Shown: piece by piece, positions 12,665 to 26,327 of the stretch
Position numbering within the stretch: position 1 is the stretch's first letter
How the letters are laid out: each line of letters opens with the position of its first letter
DNA from: Lingula anatina
Taxonomy: Eukaryota; Animalia; Brachiopoda
Reading direction: 5' to 3'
NCBI GenBank assembly: GCA_051362555.1
Contig: CM120644.1
Location: 8,192,954 to 8,256,953 of the forward strand
Length of the DNA: 64,000 nt
Translations under genes and position numbers: made by a program
The notes under the pieces: generated by a model
Told to the model about the DNA's origin: nothing
Databases searched by the model: none
What the model saw: the letters and a program-made list of their open reading frames with translations, nothing else

Positions 12665-13649
12665 TTTGCATGTGCATCGGAAATAAGTATACATAACATC
12701 ATTGTGTTTTCTTCGAATTTAATTTATTCAAGTTCAGCTTAATTTATTTGATATTCCCTTCTATGGCTAAACTCACTGCAGCTGGATCGTGCAAACATGG
12801 ATAGATGTGTTTTTATTCGTGGAAGGTACACAACTGCACATTGTTATCACGTGGACCCTGGAAAAAAACACAATCAGTGTTGTGTTATCATTGTGAAAAC
12901 ATCCCAATAAGCTTTTAAACTTGAAATGTTTTTCTTCATTGAAGTCCATTAGACAATACTCTTTTTCTTCATAACAGTCTAGGGATACGTACGTGGAGGT
13001 AAAACTAATCATTTTAATATTTTTCTAAGACAAACCAACACTACAGGTTATTTAGTTGATAATACAGATGTTTTTCTTTCGTTTGCCATGAGTAGTTCAT
13101 ATTCAAAACTACACAACGGTTGAAATGTTTGCGCCAACGCTTAAATGCGGAACAAGTATTTTTTTTACGCATGCATTTAACCTGCATAGCACAAAAAATG
13201 TCATTTGATGCCTGTTTTCTTCACAAGTGGGTTTGCCCGTTTTTGATTATTTAATTAATTATAAACACCCTGATTAAAATCTTAAGAGAAGAATTGTAGC
13301 GACTAAGTGATATTTGATGTGAAAAGAATGAAACCATACATTATTTATCAGGCTTAATACCTGGGTAATCTTCTCCTATAAAATGTCGTTTGGTAGTTCT
13401 CTATGACTTTCAAAGGTGTAGGACCAATACCTATAAGTGTTACAAAAAACGGTCAGTTTAAACCTGTATATCAAAATGCAAAAGAGCAATTCAAAAATAA
13501 TAATCATAAACCAGTTTTACTTTTGTTTTCTGTCAGGCTTTTTCATTTCATAAAAGCAATAAAAGCAATAAAATGTATAAATTAATATACAATTAATTTC
13601 CACAGAACCATAAAAATTACATATTTGTAGCCAATTCATTTACAGGTGT

Positions 13650-14750
13650 ACCATGAAAATCTGACTCCCCTAAAATGTGACTCCCCAGTCAGATTTTCAT
13701 TATGAAAATCTGACTCCCCAGTCAGATTTTCATAATGAAAATCTGACTCCCCCATGAAATTTTGACTCCCCCCAAAAAAAACATTCATTAATCTCATTTT
13801 ATTTGAGTAAATGACTATGATTTTGTAGTATGCATAATGGATGATACATTGGCACCTTTTTTATAGTTTGCAGGTGAAAATCTTCATAAAAAAAAGAAAA
13901 ATTAAAAATGTGCACATAATGAAAATGTGGTTCCCCTATGAAAATTTGACTCCCCCTCCACAAAACTTCATAAATCTTATTTTATTTTGAGTATATGACT
14001 GTGATCCTGTAGCATGTAAAATGGTTGATACATTGGCACATTTTTTGTAGTTTGCAGTGAGAATTTTAATGAACAAATAAGAAAATTAGAAATGTGCACA
14101 TAATGAAAATCTGACTCCCCCATGAAAATTTGACTCCCCCTCCACAAAACTTCATAAATCTTATTTTATTTTGAGTATATGACTGTGATCTTGTATTATG
14201 TAAAATGGTTGATACATTTGCACATTTTTTGTAGTTTGCAGTGAAAATTTTAATGAAAAAATGAGAAAATTAAAAATGTGCACATAATGAAAATCTGACT
14301 CCCCCAGTGGTATGGTGACTGAATATAAAATAGGTCCTTTTCTCCATGGGAGTCCAAATCTCGTGGGTGTAAAAATAAAGATTTTCATGATTTCTTTTTC
14401 ATGCTTTCACTATTTTATCATCAAACCTTTAAATATTTCCAATATATTTTTCATAAAGTATCCTAAAAGAAAAGGTGTTGAAATGATCATCAAATATTAA
14501 ATAACTTTTTCATAGGGGAGACAATAGGCGATTAAGTGGACATTTTTAATTTTCTTATTTTTTCATGAAAATTTTCACCTGCAAATTACAAAAAAGCGCC
14601 AATGTATCCTCCATTTCACATACTACAAGATCACAGTCACATCCTCAAAATAAAATAAGATTTATGAAGTTTTGTGGAAGGGTAGTCAAATTTTCATGGG
14701 GGAGTCAGATTTTCATTATGTGCACATTTTTAATTTTCTCATTTTTTCCA
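13650..14750. repeat. Complex repeat: about 185-bp tandem units plus an inverted copy (foldback-like), built on TGAAAATCTGACTCCCC
   Basis: AATGTGCACATAATGAAAAT recurs near 13907, 14091 and 14276; reverse-complement unit at about 14540-14750; local palindromes at 13680-13750. Confidence 0.75.
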
Positions 14751-16299
14751 TTACAGGATTAAGCGATCTTACTTTCATGTAGGTCCACCATATTTAGGTT
14801 GTGACCTAGGTAGCACTCGGCTCTTCTCATGATGAATGGTCCCTAACACCACGTTTCTGGTACTGTAACGAAAGTCTCGCAAGAACACGTGCATCAATTA
14901 ACAATTAACATTTTATTGTATGAAATAAAGAAGGAAATAAACCAAGTGACTTGATACAGAGTTATAATCGCATCAGTATTTATAAAGTTTTCCTCAAATT
15001 AATAAGCATTTTCAAATACCAGAAATGCACCTTAAAGATCATGGGTAAACATGATGTACAAACTCCGTCTTTATTTAGTATTTCAAACAAAATGCGTTCC
15101 AAACGTTCAACAACAGAGGACTTTAAACAAAATCAAGAAAGGTATGTCAACATGTCATTTTGGCAAGGGCTAAAAACATGTACGGCCAATGAGATCTTGC
15201 GGTGAATAAGCCATATACACACACGCCCAACGATTACACTTAAATGTATCGACATATATAGCTCCAGATATGGCCGTAGTTACTTCCGTTGGTAATAAGG
15301 GAAATGTTTAGATAAGAGTTAACGTATACATATCCAGATAACTTGCTTTTACCATTCTAAACAGTATGTTCAGTGTCAAGGGTTAATTGGGTGAAAATTA
15401 TTTAAATAGTCAATATTTTCTTTCTGTTTCAGTGCAAAATAAGGTTATCACAGTTTACCTTGGTCGAATCTATCGAAAATGAAAGCGACTATGTGTCAAC
15501 AGTCATGCTTTACATACTTTTTAAAAGTCTAACTTGCACGAGTGTTCTTCATCATATCGTGCAGTGGTGACTTTGAAAAGAGTGCACATATATCCCCCCC
15601 CCCCCCCCAAAAAAAAAAAAAAAAAAACTGGAATCTGTCCAGGTTTATAGTCCACAGCCAAAAGCCACGATCAATCAATATGTTTACAAAGGATACCATT
15701 GTTGTTGTATAACTGCATAAACGACATATTGCTTATTCATCTTTGTCAAATTATTTTATGAGACATGCATTTACAAATGCATGTTTATCTGTTGCGGGTT
15801 CGAAGAAAGGGTGGCTTAACCGTTTATTGGTAAGTGTCCTATGAACAAAAAATCAGCAGTTATAACAACATTCCAAGGTGGGAATGCATTCGTTCATGGA
15901 ATGGCACAATGTTTGAATAGATTTCAACAGATGTGGACGTGCTTGCATTATAGGTTTCTCTCTACTCTAACATTTTTTACGAAAGAACCCTTCCTGCCTG
16001 TAATAAATTCTAAGCGATGTAGAATCTGAATTATTAAGAAAGACAAAACAAAGACGTTTCAGATGTAAAATCATTCATTTTATTCTGCCTATGCTACAGA
16101 TTCTGAAAATGTTGCTTCATTAAGGAAAAAGGGGAAAATCAATACAATCTGAATATATAAAAATGTATTATCTTTTAATTAATTAGTTTCACTCAAATAA
16201 ACGAAGCACCGTTTCATTCAGGTGAAAGAGAAAGTCAATAAAATCTGAATAAGTAAAACTTTGAATTGATATTATCTTTGCACTGGTATAAACATGCAT

Positions 16300-16383
16300 A
16301 CCCAGAAAACAGGGTGTTTTTATAACGTTACCATAACATGTTTTGGTTATATTAACGAAATTATAACGTCCTGTTTTTACTAG
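16300..16383. mobile_element. Possible short MITE remnant
   Basis: CCCAGAAAACAGG ... CCTGTTTTTACTAG imperfect inverted ends with internal ATAACGTT-like repeats; absent from the homologous A 3' region. Confidence 0.3.
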
Positions 16384-16497
16384 ATAGATAGATACACGGT
16401 AGATAGGTAGGTAGGTAGATAAGACTCACGGAGGTGGAACGATATGCCGTATTTGATTTTGAAGCACATGTCGATAGTACATGTTAAAGGCCAAAAA

Positions 16498-16498
<1 letters not shown>

Positions 16499-16555
<57 letters not shown>
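16499..16555. repeat. (TAA)n microsatellite
   Basis: Read directly. Confidence 0.9.
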
Positions 16556-17425
16556 CAAATTTCATCTTGCAACTGATTGCTAGTACCTGTCAATAATTTT
16601 AAATGTATTGATTGTAAATTTAGTTGACTGTGTCATTATGTTATATAGTTATCAAACTCTTCATGGGTCGCCAGGTTACCTTATACTAAAAATTATAATC
16701 TACGAAGTGTATCTTAAAAGTAACTTTTGAAGGTAACAATTATAGATTAGTCGAACAATGGCTTAAATCAAGTTAGTGATACTCCAATATAAGTATATCT
16801 CGAGAGGCACCTTTATCGGGCGATGTACTTGTAAGGGCTCCTCCGGTCAATACTTCTTCAGTTGAGCTTATAAACTTTACCTCTTTAATAAGTCAATATT
16901 GCAAACGATTAAGAAACTAATACTTAATTCTGAATAATTTTCTTATGTACCTCGTCTCCCGTAAAAGTGTGTGCTTGAAAGCTTCTGTTTAAATAAAGAA
17001 CAAAAGAAGCAATAGGAATGAAAATAAACAATATTAACAAATCATAACTCAGTAAATAACCAAATCAACGCATTAAAATTGATTAGAGAAGGGAAGAAGG
17101 AAACACACTGAATCATAATTAAAGTAGGCAAAATATGATTATGGTAAATAAACAAACTTGTAATGATGGATTCGAATAAATCTATTAAACCCAAATAACC
17201 AAATAAAATGAAGTAATCTGTATTTAATAAAGCGGAAAACGTTACTCGGACGTACAGTATTCACAAGGGGGCATGGACTACAAAAGTCATGTTATTAGTC
17301 ATGTACGCATTTGAACACATACAGACATGTCCACATGTACAGGCACATGCATGTGCAAATACATACAAACGTATATATTCATATTAAATCAATTTTTCTT
17401 TTTGTAATCCATTTAACGAACATGC

Positions 17426-17584
17426 CTAGCATCTGCCCGCTCTTCCAATGAGTTTTCTTCCAGATCTTCCCAGGCTCCAAGACAGCGACGATGGCCTCCA
17501 AGTCTTCCTGCTTCCCCAGGTCCATCTCCACTTCTAATATGATAAAGGTCATAAGGAAATATTTACTTTCAGATTTATTCCGTA

Positions 17585-17618
<34 letters not shown>

Positions 17619-20600
17619 AATTGTGACAAACCTGGAATAACCTCAAGTTTCAGCCAAGTTGAATAAAATAAAATTGAACTGATATTATCAAACACCACTA
17701 AAAAACTCACCCAGAATCGCCAGCCTTTAATCTTAATCTTAGATCGTATTTGATACCAAGCTCTTATGTTGACCTTCATGGGGTCGTGTCCGTGGTAGAA
17801 CGAGAAACAAAGCCCCGGATAGAGCTTCCCCTCTCCTTCAACCAGGTAATTGAGAGTGACGCCGATGTCAATTCCACCGCGAGCCAGTGACTGAAAACAA
17901 TGTATGTCAAATTTATGGAAGCGTGCATTGTAAGAAACTTGCTAATATATTTAGAGTACGTTTCATGACTTTGACGAAATAGTTATTGATACAACCCGAG
18001 TTAAAAACATAAGCGCCCGATTTTATACACAATTATGTTGATATGCCTAATACTTTAAACTATTTATAAAAATCTACAACGCGTACAGTTTGATTATTCT
18101 GTAGTATTAACTGTAAAAAAAAACAACAAAAAAACACTTGATCAATTCCTCTCACAAAATGACAATGCATCAAAGTTACTCTCTCTCTCTCTCTCTCTCT
18201 CTCTCTGGATAAATATGCATATAAACTTACTGCCAAATTAGCTGAAGCACCACCAGAAATGCGGACACTTGCTTTGAGGGTCATCGTCAAACAGTGAGAA
18301 CAGGGGTTATTTGTACGAGGACAAAACCCTGCCCTGACACTAAACTCCACCCTCGGTGCCAAGGTAGCGCTAACGGAGATCTGGGCGACATAGATATAAA
18401 CCCGGAAAACGGTGATGGTTCTTGGGGATGGTCTGTAAACGGGGTAGTTCTTGTACAGTGGCCCGGACTGATATATGTTCACCACAGTCTTCCCGTAGAC
18501 ATTGAGATAGACCTTAATCCTACTGCTGCCTCTTTTCAAACGATAGGCTTCTGCGGTAGCAAGAGTAATACGTTGGGAGAAGACTTTGAGTTTGGCTATT
18601 GACTTGCCGTACACTTTACAGTATCCTTGTCTTGCATTTTTACCAGCAAAGACACCAGACTTGATATAGATATTTGCTTTCGAAGGACCGTAACTGATGT
18701 GGGAAAGGCAGTGCTTGTTGTCTGGGTATAGAGAATTGTCGCTTGAGAACTGCCATGACCTTAACAATTCTGAATAGCGTGAGCCGTAGGTGCCCCAAGA
18801 ACTGCAACTAACATGATCAACTCCTCTTTTTGTGCGTGTGGAATTCACCATTTTGTAAGTGCCATTATGAGTACCAACTGATACACCTTTAAGTTGAAGA
18901 TACTCCTTAATGTCTGAAAATGCGCACTCATATCTTTCATCTTCCATAAGAAGTGCATTGAGAAGGATTCTGTCCACCTCTGTTTGACCTGAATTGGGCC
19001 ATGCCTTGTTTTTGGTATCCAACACCTTTCTGTAGACAAGTTCGCCTTTGATGGTCATAACAGCAGCTTCACGTAATTCACAGTCAGATGTTGGACGAGT
19101 CAGCAGATCTACTAGCCATTTCTGAACCGACCCAACGTGGAAGTTTCTTCTCAGAGCGTGGATGCAGCCTATCTCTATCTCTTCCGTCTGTCCTTCTTTT
19201 TTAGCCATTGCCAATACATCCGGCGTTAGTCTGTTGTCTCCAAAGTTACCTATAGCCTCAAGAGCGTCATTGATTTGCTCTGTGTTGTTATTTGTGTAAC
19301 CTTTTTTTAGATGGCGTCGAAGAAGATCCACCAATTCTGACCGGAAATCCTTTCTGGTAGTTTCCTTCGAGGCAAGGGAGCCGAGGGTAAGTATGACGTG
19401 ACTTTGGGAAGGATCGCCTTGAGAGGACAGCGTGTTCCAGAGTGTCTTGACTGTGGTTAAGATGTGTTTTGTGGGTTTAGCAATAAAGGACAACTTCTGA
19501 ACTAGTTCCTGCTTTTGATTGGCAGAAAGGGGGCTAGACTGGACCAAACTGGACAGTGTCTAAAAAAAAATTAAAGTGCGACAATGCATTAAATATAATG
19601 ATCATTATTATAAAAATACGTTACATATGTTTCCCCTTTCAAATAAGAAAATGCAATACATGAAACAATCTCTTTGAGTAAAATCATTTGACCATTTTGT
19701 GCATTACTGTAAAGTCAAATTACAGGTACGATTGTCTTAGTAGTTCAGAGATTTTTTTAATATATGTTGAAGATGACTGTAGACAAGTCAATATTAACGC
19801 ATCTACAAATCAGGTTAAAAATTCATGAACAAAGTTATAGCCAACTGTAATATTCTGAATAAACGGTACCTTTTCAACGTCTTTTCCTCCGGCGGTGATA
19901 TAAAGGTCCAGAATTTCTTTGCATTTTTCCCAATATTTCGAACAATTGGAAACAATCTAGAAATAAACATCAGCTAAGGGTTTAGGTAAATTGAAACAAA
20001 GACTAAAAAAACACGTTAATGGATTTTTAATTTTATTCACACTTAAACCTTTTTAAGTAATAAAAAAAGAAAGTGAAGACACTACAAAGCCTGACTAACT
20101 ATACAGTTAATAATCATACATTTGCCATTGGAACCGTTATGATGAAAATTTTATACATTAAAAAAAGTCGTATCTTAATGAATATCACATCCTTGGCGTA
20201 AGGCAGTTTTCTGAACATAATGCAAGGTAAATTAAAAATTTGACCTGATTTTCAAAACTATGTCAATTGATAACTAAAACTTAAATTTTGAAAAAAAAAG
20301 GATTAGAAAAGATTTCTTAAATGCAAACCTCTTTTGTAGCTTGCATCAGTTGCTTAACCAAGGCCGGTGTGTTGGCGGCTGCAGAGGTTGCGTTGTTGTG
20401 TGGCATCCCCAGTTCATTTTCCAGTGACAGAATTTCGTTCACTTCGTATACTGTAACAAAAACCAGGGGCCATAATTAAGACATTGTTAGTTAGAACATT
20501 TACATGTACATATTTTCGGAGGAAGCTTTTTCTCACCCTTGACCCTCCAGCAAAAACATACAGCATTGGTCAAAAAGATGGTCTCGCCCACCTCCATTTT

Positions 20601-23600
20601 CACGTAGTTTAACAGTGCTTTTAATTCCAGATATCACATCTCACATGATGAGTGTTACAAAAAATACAAAATGGCAGTAAAGATATCAATATTTTATATC
20701 ATAAATTCAAATTAATGACCTCCTCCCCCTCAGACCCGATGTTTCACCCCATCTTTAAGAGGTGACGACGTGGGTCAATCCAGGCTTCATCATGACAGCA
20801 CACTTGCTCACAATTCTCGTTGAATGATTGATCTGCAAAATCATAATCTTCAGAGGATGGGGCAACAATCATTGAGTACTGATATTAACCTGACTGAGCA
20901 TGTAAGTTGATCATCTGTTGATAAAATTGCAGGAAATTTGAGGTGGGACACCCGTTTTGAACAATGCTTTACAGCAAGCAAAAAGAGAAATATAGACGAC
21001 TTCCCACACATATTTTCTACATAGATTTTAGCAGTAAAGTGTCGAGGACGGTAACTATTATACATATAAGCACGGGGCAGTATACAGTAGGATAAAATGA
21101 GTCTGTTTTTCTCAGCCAGAATAAGTGATATAATTAAGTTAATAGACAGGAATTCAAACTGTGTTTCGTTAGAAACTATCCTTCATAAATGATATATAAC
21201 GGTACAATACGTACAATGTGACGGATCTGTAGGATCCTTAATAAAGTTCGCCACAACTTGATTCAACCTATCCTCTTCGTCGAACTTTTTCCTCAAAACA
21301 GTCCATCTTAGGTATACACCAGACACTGTAATAGTGCAGTACATAACCATTTGTATAATAAAACTGACATTTTGCAATTAAAAAACAAACAAACATATGT
21401 TCAAAATAACCTCATCACAAAGAAGTAAAAATAGCAGACCTTGTTTTTTCTTCTTTCAACCGTATTTTAAGTTCAGGAAATTTAGTTACGGTAACAGTTT
21501 TTCTCACCATAGGTAAACAGTACTTTCAGTTTAGGAAATTAAAACTTCCTAAAAACTATATAATATAAATAACAGAAACTACCGAATCTTTTCTTCATTT
21601 TGGTAACGACAAATACTTTAATAGATTAACTTTGATAAAAATAGAATTATCATTTTATCTTTTTATTGTGAAATCATTAATTGCTCCAACCTAGCACACT
21701 TACTTTTGTCATACTGTCCGACCAAGGATCTTTTCAGGAATTGAGTATTGGCTGCCGCTTCCATTCTTTGAACGCCTTCAACGGAACGCTTTACGTGCTT
21801 ACGTAATGTAAGGTTGAAGGTCACGTCAGAAGTTAAAAATGCCCCAAGATCAATTTTACCTCCTTCCGCAGAGTTGACGGTGTCATCCTGAAGAAATAAA
21901 TGCATCAGTGCTATGCAATAATGAATCCATAAGTAATAATTACTTGTATTATTTGTATTTGGTTTTTGTAATTTCCTTTGTAGCTTTCTGGGAAATGCAA
22001 TGCACAATTCGAGTATGTTTCGAGTATGTAATTCATAGTGCATCTTCCATTTATCATATTCAGTATATTTTATGATCTATATGTTTTAGACTAGCGTTAC
22101 TTGACATTGCTTGGGAGTCAATTAATATATTCAGTGGGTGTACATGTTGCAATTGTAAGGTTTATATTGCTTTTCTTTATTGTGCTTGAGGTGCCGGGTG
22201 TTCCGTCTTATCTGATGCAACGTTCATTTGCAATAAGTGATAACTTTTAGGTTCAGGGATACCACCATTAGTTTGGCCATTTCATACCACTCCATCCGGA
22301 GAATTCGTAGGAGAAAGACATACTTCAAATTTTTGTTCTTTTGTAAATTCAAGATAGTGACTTACAATTTTGTATTTCAAAGATAGGCATAAATGGTGAG
22401 TTAAATGCATTGTTGTCAGTAGAAATATATTGTAAACTTTCTGCTGCACATATTTACATTTGAAAAAGTATTCCGGCTTGAAATAAAATGTTATTCAGTG
22501 AACGACTTATGCCAATTTTCTAGGACTTTTCTTTGACTTTATAGCCCTCGCGCGCTATAATAATATTTGACGAAAATTACGTTTTAGTTTAAAGAATGAA
22601 AGCAAGTACAATCTTTGTCCTAGGAAACTCAACAAGCGTTAAGGCGACCTGCAAAAGTAATTGCTCTTAAATTGGTAACTTATGATCGATAACTATATAT
22701 TATCTTCTAAAAATCATCAGATATCAAATTTATCAAAATGTTCTTTTCTCCATACCTCATGAATTTGCCCACTTGATTTGCAGCGAATTGACCATTGATT
22801 TACAAAACCGAATTGCTTCTGGAGCCAAAATACCAATTATTGGCTGCTTGTATAAAAATAGCTACACTGCAGATAGACTGCCGTCTGTTGCTTCCGATAT
22901 GGGACTTCAAGCTGTCCTGGCCTGGAGATGCTCCAGATAGTGAGATGAGGTTCAACTGCGACATTAATACATGTAGTGACAACTTTGTCACTGAGAGAAA
23001 GATATCAAGCCATGTCCAACCCCATGCAGAGAAACAAAACCGAGAATAAAGAGAAAAGTGATGTCCTTCAACCAACAGCAACGTTGTACGTTGAAATATA
23101 TATTAAATTATGTCTACCTGTTCCTCGGGTTTGCCAAACACCTGCACATGTCCAGCGACACTGGTCAGTATATTTCCACTAACACGCTGGACTTCATCTG
23201 TCTCGATGTCCACTTCGTCGGTGTCCAAGTCAGTATTATTCGCCGTGTAGATGTCCTTGGAGGAAAAGTGCTTCTTAACTTCAATCTTTCCAAATTCCAG
23301 CTCCGTAGTCCTAGGTTTGAAGGATTGATACTGATAACATTATGACTAAATTCTGAGTAAGCAATGGACGTAATGAGGCCAAAAGCACTACCCATTTAAA
23401 ATTATTGAAGTGAAAGGAAGAAAAAATATGATAAATAAAAACATACATGTCGCTGGGTAAGATAGGTCGAGAGAAACCATTTAACGTGCTGGTATATACA
23501 CATGTATACACTGAAGTTACGATGTAAAAATAACGTCAAACAATACGTAATTGAAATATGGTCATTAAAAAATAACAGCTAATTTTCTCAGAATCCCAAA

Positions 23601-24134
23601 TGTCATCTTTGTCACGATTAATTGTTTTATATTTTATTAAGAACAACAATATTTTAAGATGAAAATTAATTAGAAATTAATTTTATAAAGATATTATTTT
23701 TTTAATTAAAATAATTGGCACACATGTCTGTTTTAAGTAAAAAGGAATAATTGTATTAATGATAAAACAAGCAACTCTGATCTTATTTCTGATGTTTTTG
23801 GCTTAGAGTGAGACGTATGTACATTAAATTCTTGAATAACATAACAGTATCGATATCATAGAGGATGATATTTCTGCACCATTTTTCCTTATATCTATGA
23901 AGAAATGTTAGATAAAAATATCCCTTTGTAACAAAAGATGTTGAAAAAACTAGTTAGTGCTCATAACCATTTCATAAAATGCAAATCAAGATCCCTCCGC
24001 AAGACGCTGAAATTTCTTGTATAAAAGTAGTACGCCTTACGGAAAAGGGGGTTGTGTTACTCTGCTGAAAGATGTCCTACCCATTGCTAATATGTAACAG
24101 TGCGCCTCAGTATTCTGTTGCTCTAGTACATTAG

Positions 24135-24186
<52 letters not shown>

Positions 24187-25938
24187 TAATTATAATAATA
24201 ATAAATAGATAAAGATTTAAAAAAAAATTAATAAGTGGTGAGGTGAGAGGGAAGATCCATGCGCTCACCTGTAGCGTGAATTGTGTTTCCCCATGACGTC
24301 TGTCTCTATGACATTTTCTTTGTCACGGACCAAATTCGTTTGAAGTGCCGATAAAATGGAGCGCTTAAAATTCATGACATCTGTATTTCCTAAAATAAAC
24401 GTGGAAGAATTAATCATAAAAATATCATAAAAAACAACGTCTGAGATTTATGTGGAGACCATACCTTCTTTGTTTATTTTCAATTGAGCGGCAAAAAGAC
24501 AATATGATATGTTCATCTTTTGACTGTAAGATTTAGGCGCTTGTTTGTGTATGTGGAAAGGGATATCAAAAGGGAGAGAATCTTGCCCTCCCACTTGACA
24601 AATGTTACGATTTTAATTTGAGATTAATTTGGCATTATCCAGAAGATATATAGCTCGTGGAGAAATATTAAAACTTTATCATACCTGAATCTTTCTTGGT
24701 AAACCTAGCCTCGGCAATAGTTCCGTTTCCCAGTTGAACAAAACAGGTAGGCTGGTCATACAGGTCGTCAGCAGACAGGGGAGCCTCGGACTGCGAGGTC
24801 GTGCTATTGGAATGGACACGAGAATGTGTAAAATAAGGACCCAAAACCAATAAATAAAAATTCACAGTTGCAAATCATTGAGGTAAATGAGCTTAACTTT
24901 CATTTATATCTTATGTGAGCAAGTGTTAAATGCCACGTGATACATGCATACTGGATGTCCATGGTGCAATGGCTGGGCTAAAACAAATGACTAAGATTTA
25001 ATTAGGTAAAATATCATGGTTCTCACCCATTTCCTTTAATCACTTGCATAATAACATTACGCATAAACATTAGAAAAGATGAAGCGCTTTCATCTACGTA
25101 GTTTCCAAACCCATCTGGAAATGAGCAACGAAATAACATATAATGTCAATAATTGCATAAGGTTATAAGTTCTTTCATTTCTCTTTTATATACAAAATTT
25201 CACCAAATAATTATGCAAACAAATTGTCAAGTTAAAATTACAAAATAAAACGCCAATGTACATGTAGCCATTTAATTAAGTTTCACTGAATGAAGCAGTG
25301 GGTAAAATTACAGATACTTCTTGTTATTAACAAAGGATATGTAAAAAAATAAATCCCGATAAATTGTACCAAATACCTCCAATATACTCCACATCTACAT
25401 CAGCGGAGATGTGAAATGTTTCCTCTGCCAGTCCGAACAGTTTGGCCTCGCTTTCATAGCGGTAGTGGAGGGTTTTACCCTTAAAATGCACAGAACGGAA
25501 GTTTAAATATTCGTACTTCACTCTGCCTTTCTCCCTTTCTCGCCTGCTCTTTCTACCAACAGCGAATTTCGGGAAGACAAGAATATTTTAAACCCTTGCC
25601 GAAGGGAGGAGGCGTAATTCATTTTCTTAACTCTGTATGTATATTTTGGGGGAACCAGATAATTAGCAGGAAATGACAACGATGCAGCAAACTGAACTGC
25701 TTGATTCACTTTAGCTATTGAGAGGAACTGAAATGAATTATCATTATAATGACAGCGATAATGATTAATTGAGATAAAATTGTTACAAAATCCACACATC
25801 TAAGTGTATGCTTACATGCAAATTGGCGTTAGGTAAGGCGGACGAATTTTTCGACACGTAGCCCTCGTCTTTGCACAAGGCAGGCCGCACCATAGCGAAA
25901 AAAAAACACAGGTCAAGAATACGCCAGTATAACTGCAT
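17426..25938 (-). CDS. Paralogue B: secreted vitellogenin-N/LLT-domain protein, 955 aa, 13 coding exons
   Basis: Exons: 25938-25816, 25479-25377, 25114-25027, 24803-24685, 24389-24269, 23310-23118, 21887-21704, 21325-21215, 20450-20329, 19956-19870, 19559-18231, 17890-17711, 17533-17426 = 2868 nt. Same phases as A; RTKR site; ends ...GRAGRC*. Confidence 0.88.
24135..24203. repeat. (TAA)n microsatellite
   Basis: Read directly. Confidence 0.9.
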
Positions 25939-26327
25939 TTTCTTGAAGGCGTATCTGGGGAAGATACAAATGTGGTGAATTAATAACTGCAAGAAAATAT
26001 TATATTCAAAAGTGTAGAGTCAAATTGTTTTCCTTTTAAATTAACCAGCAAGCTTCAAGTTTACCACGGTCAATATTAAACACACTCACACACATATATG
26101 ATGATAACATAGAGCCTGGCAGAAAACAAAAATGAAACCGGGATGTTATTTTAAAATTCGACACTGCATTTTTACATGCCAAAGTTCATTAAATTCGGCT
26201 TAATATTTTTGATACCCCCTTGTACGGTTTACAATTCACTGGACCGTGCAAACATGAATAAATAACTTTCTGATCTAGCAGGCATAGAGCTGTAAATTGT
26301 TATGACAGAAACCCTAGATAAAGCACA

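Noticed and set aside
16380-16565. Poly-Tyr ORF and similar low-complexity ORFs (43596-43934, 57571-57789)
   Set aside because: Translations of microsatellites.
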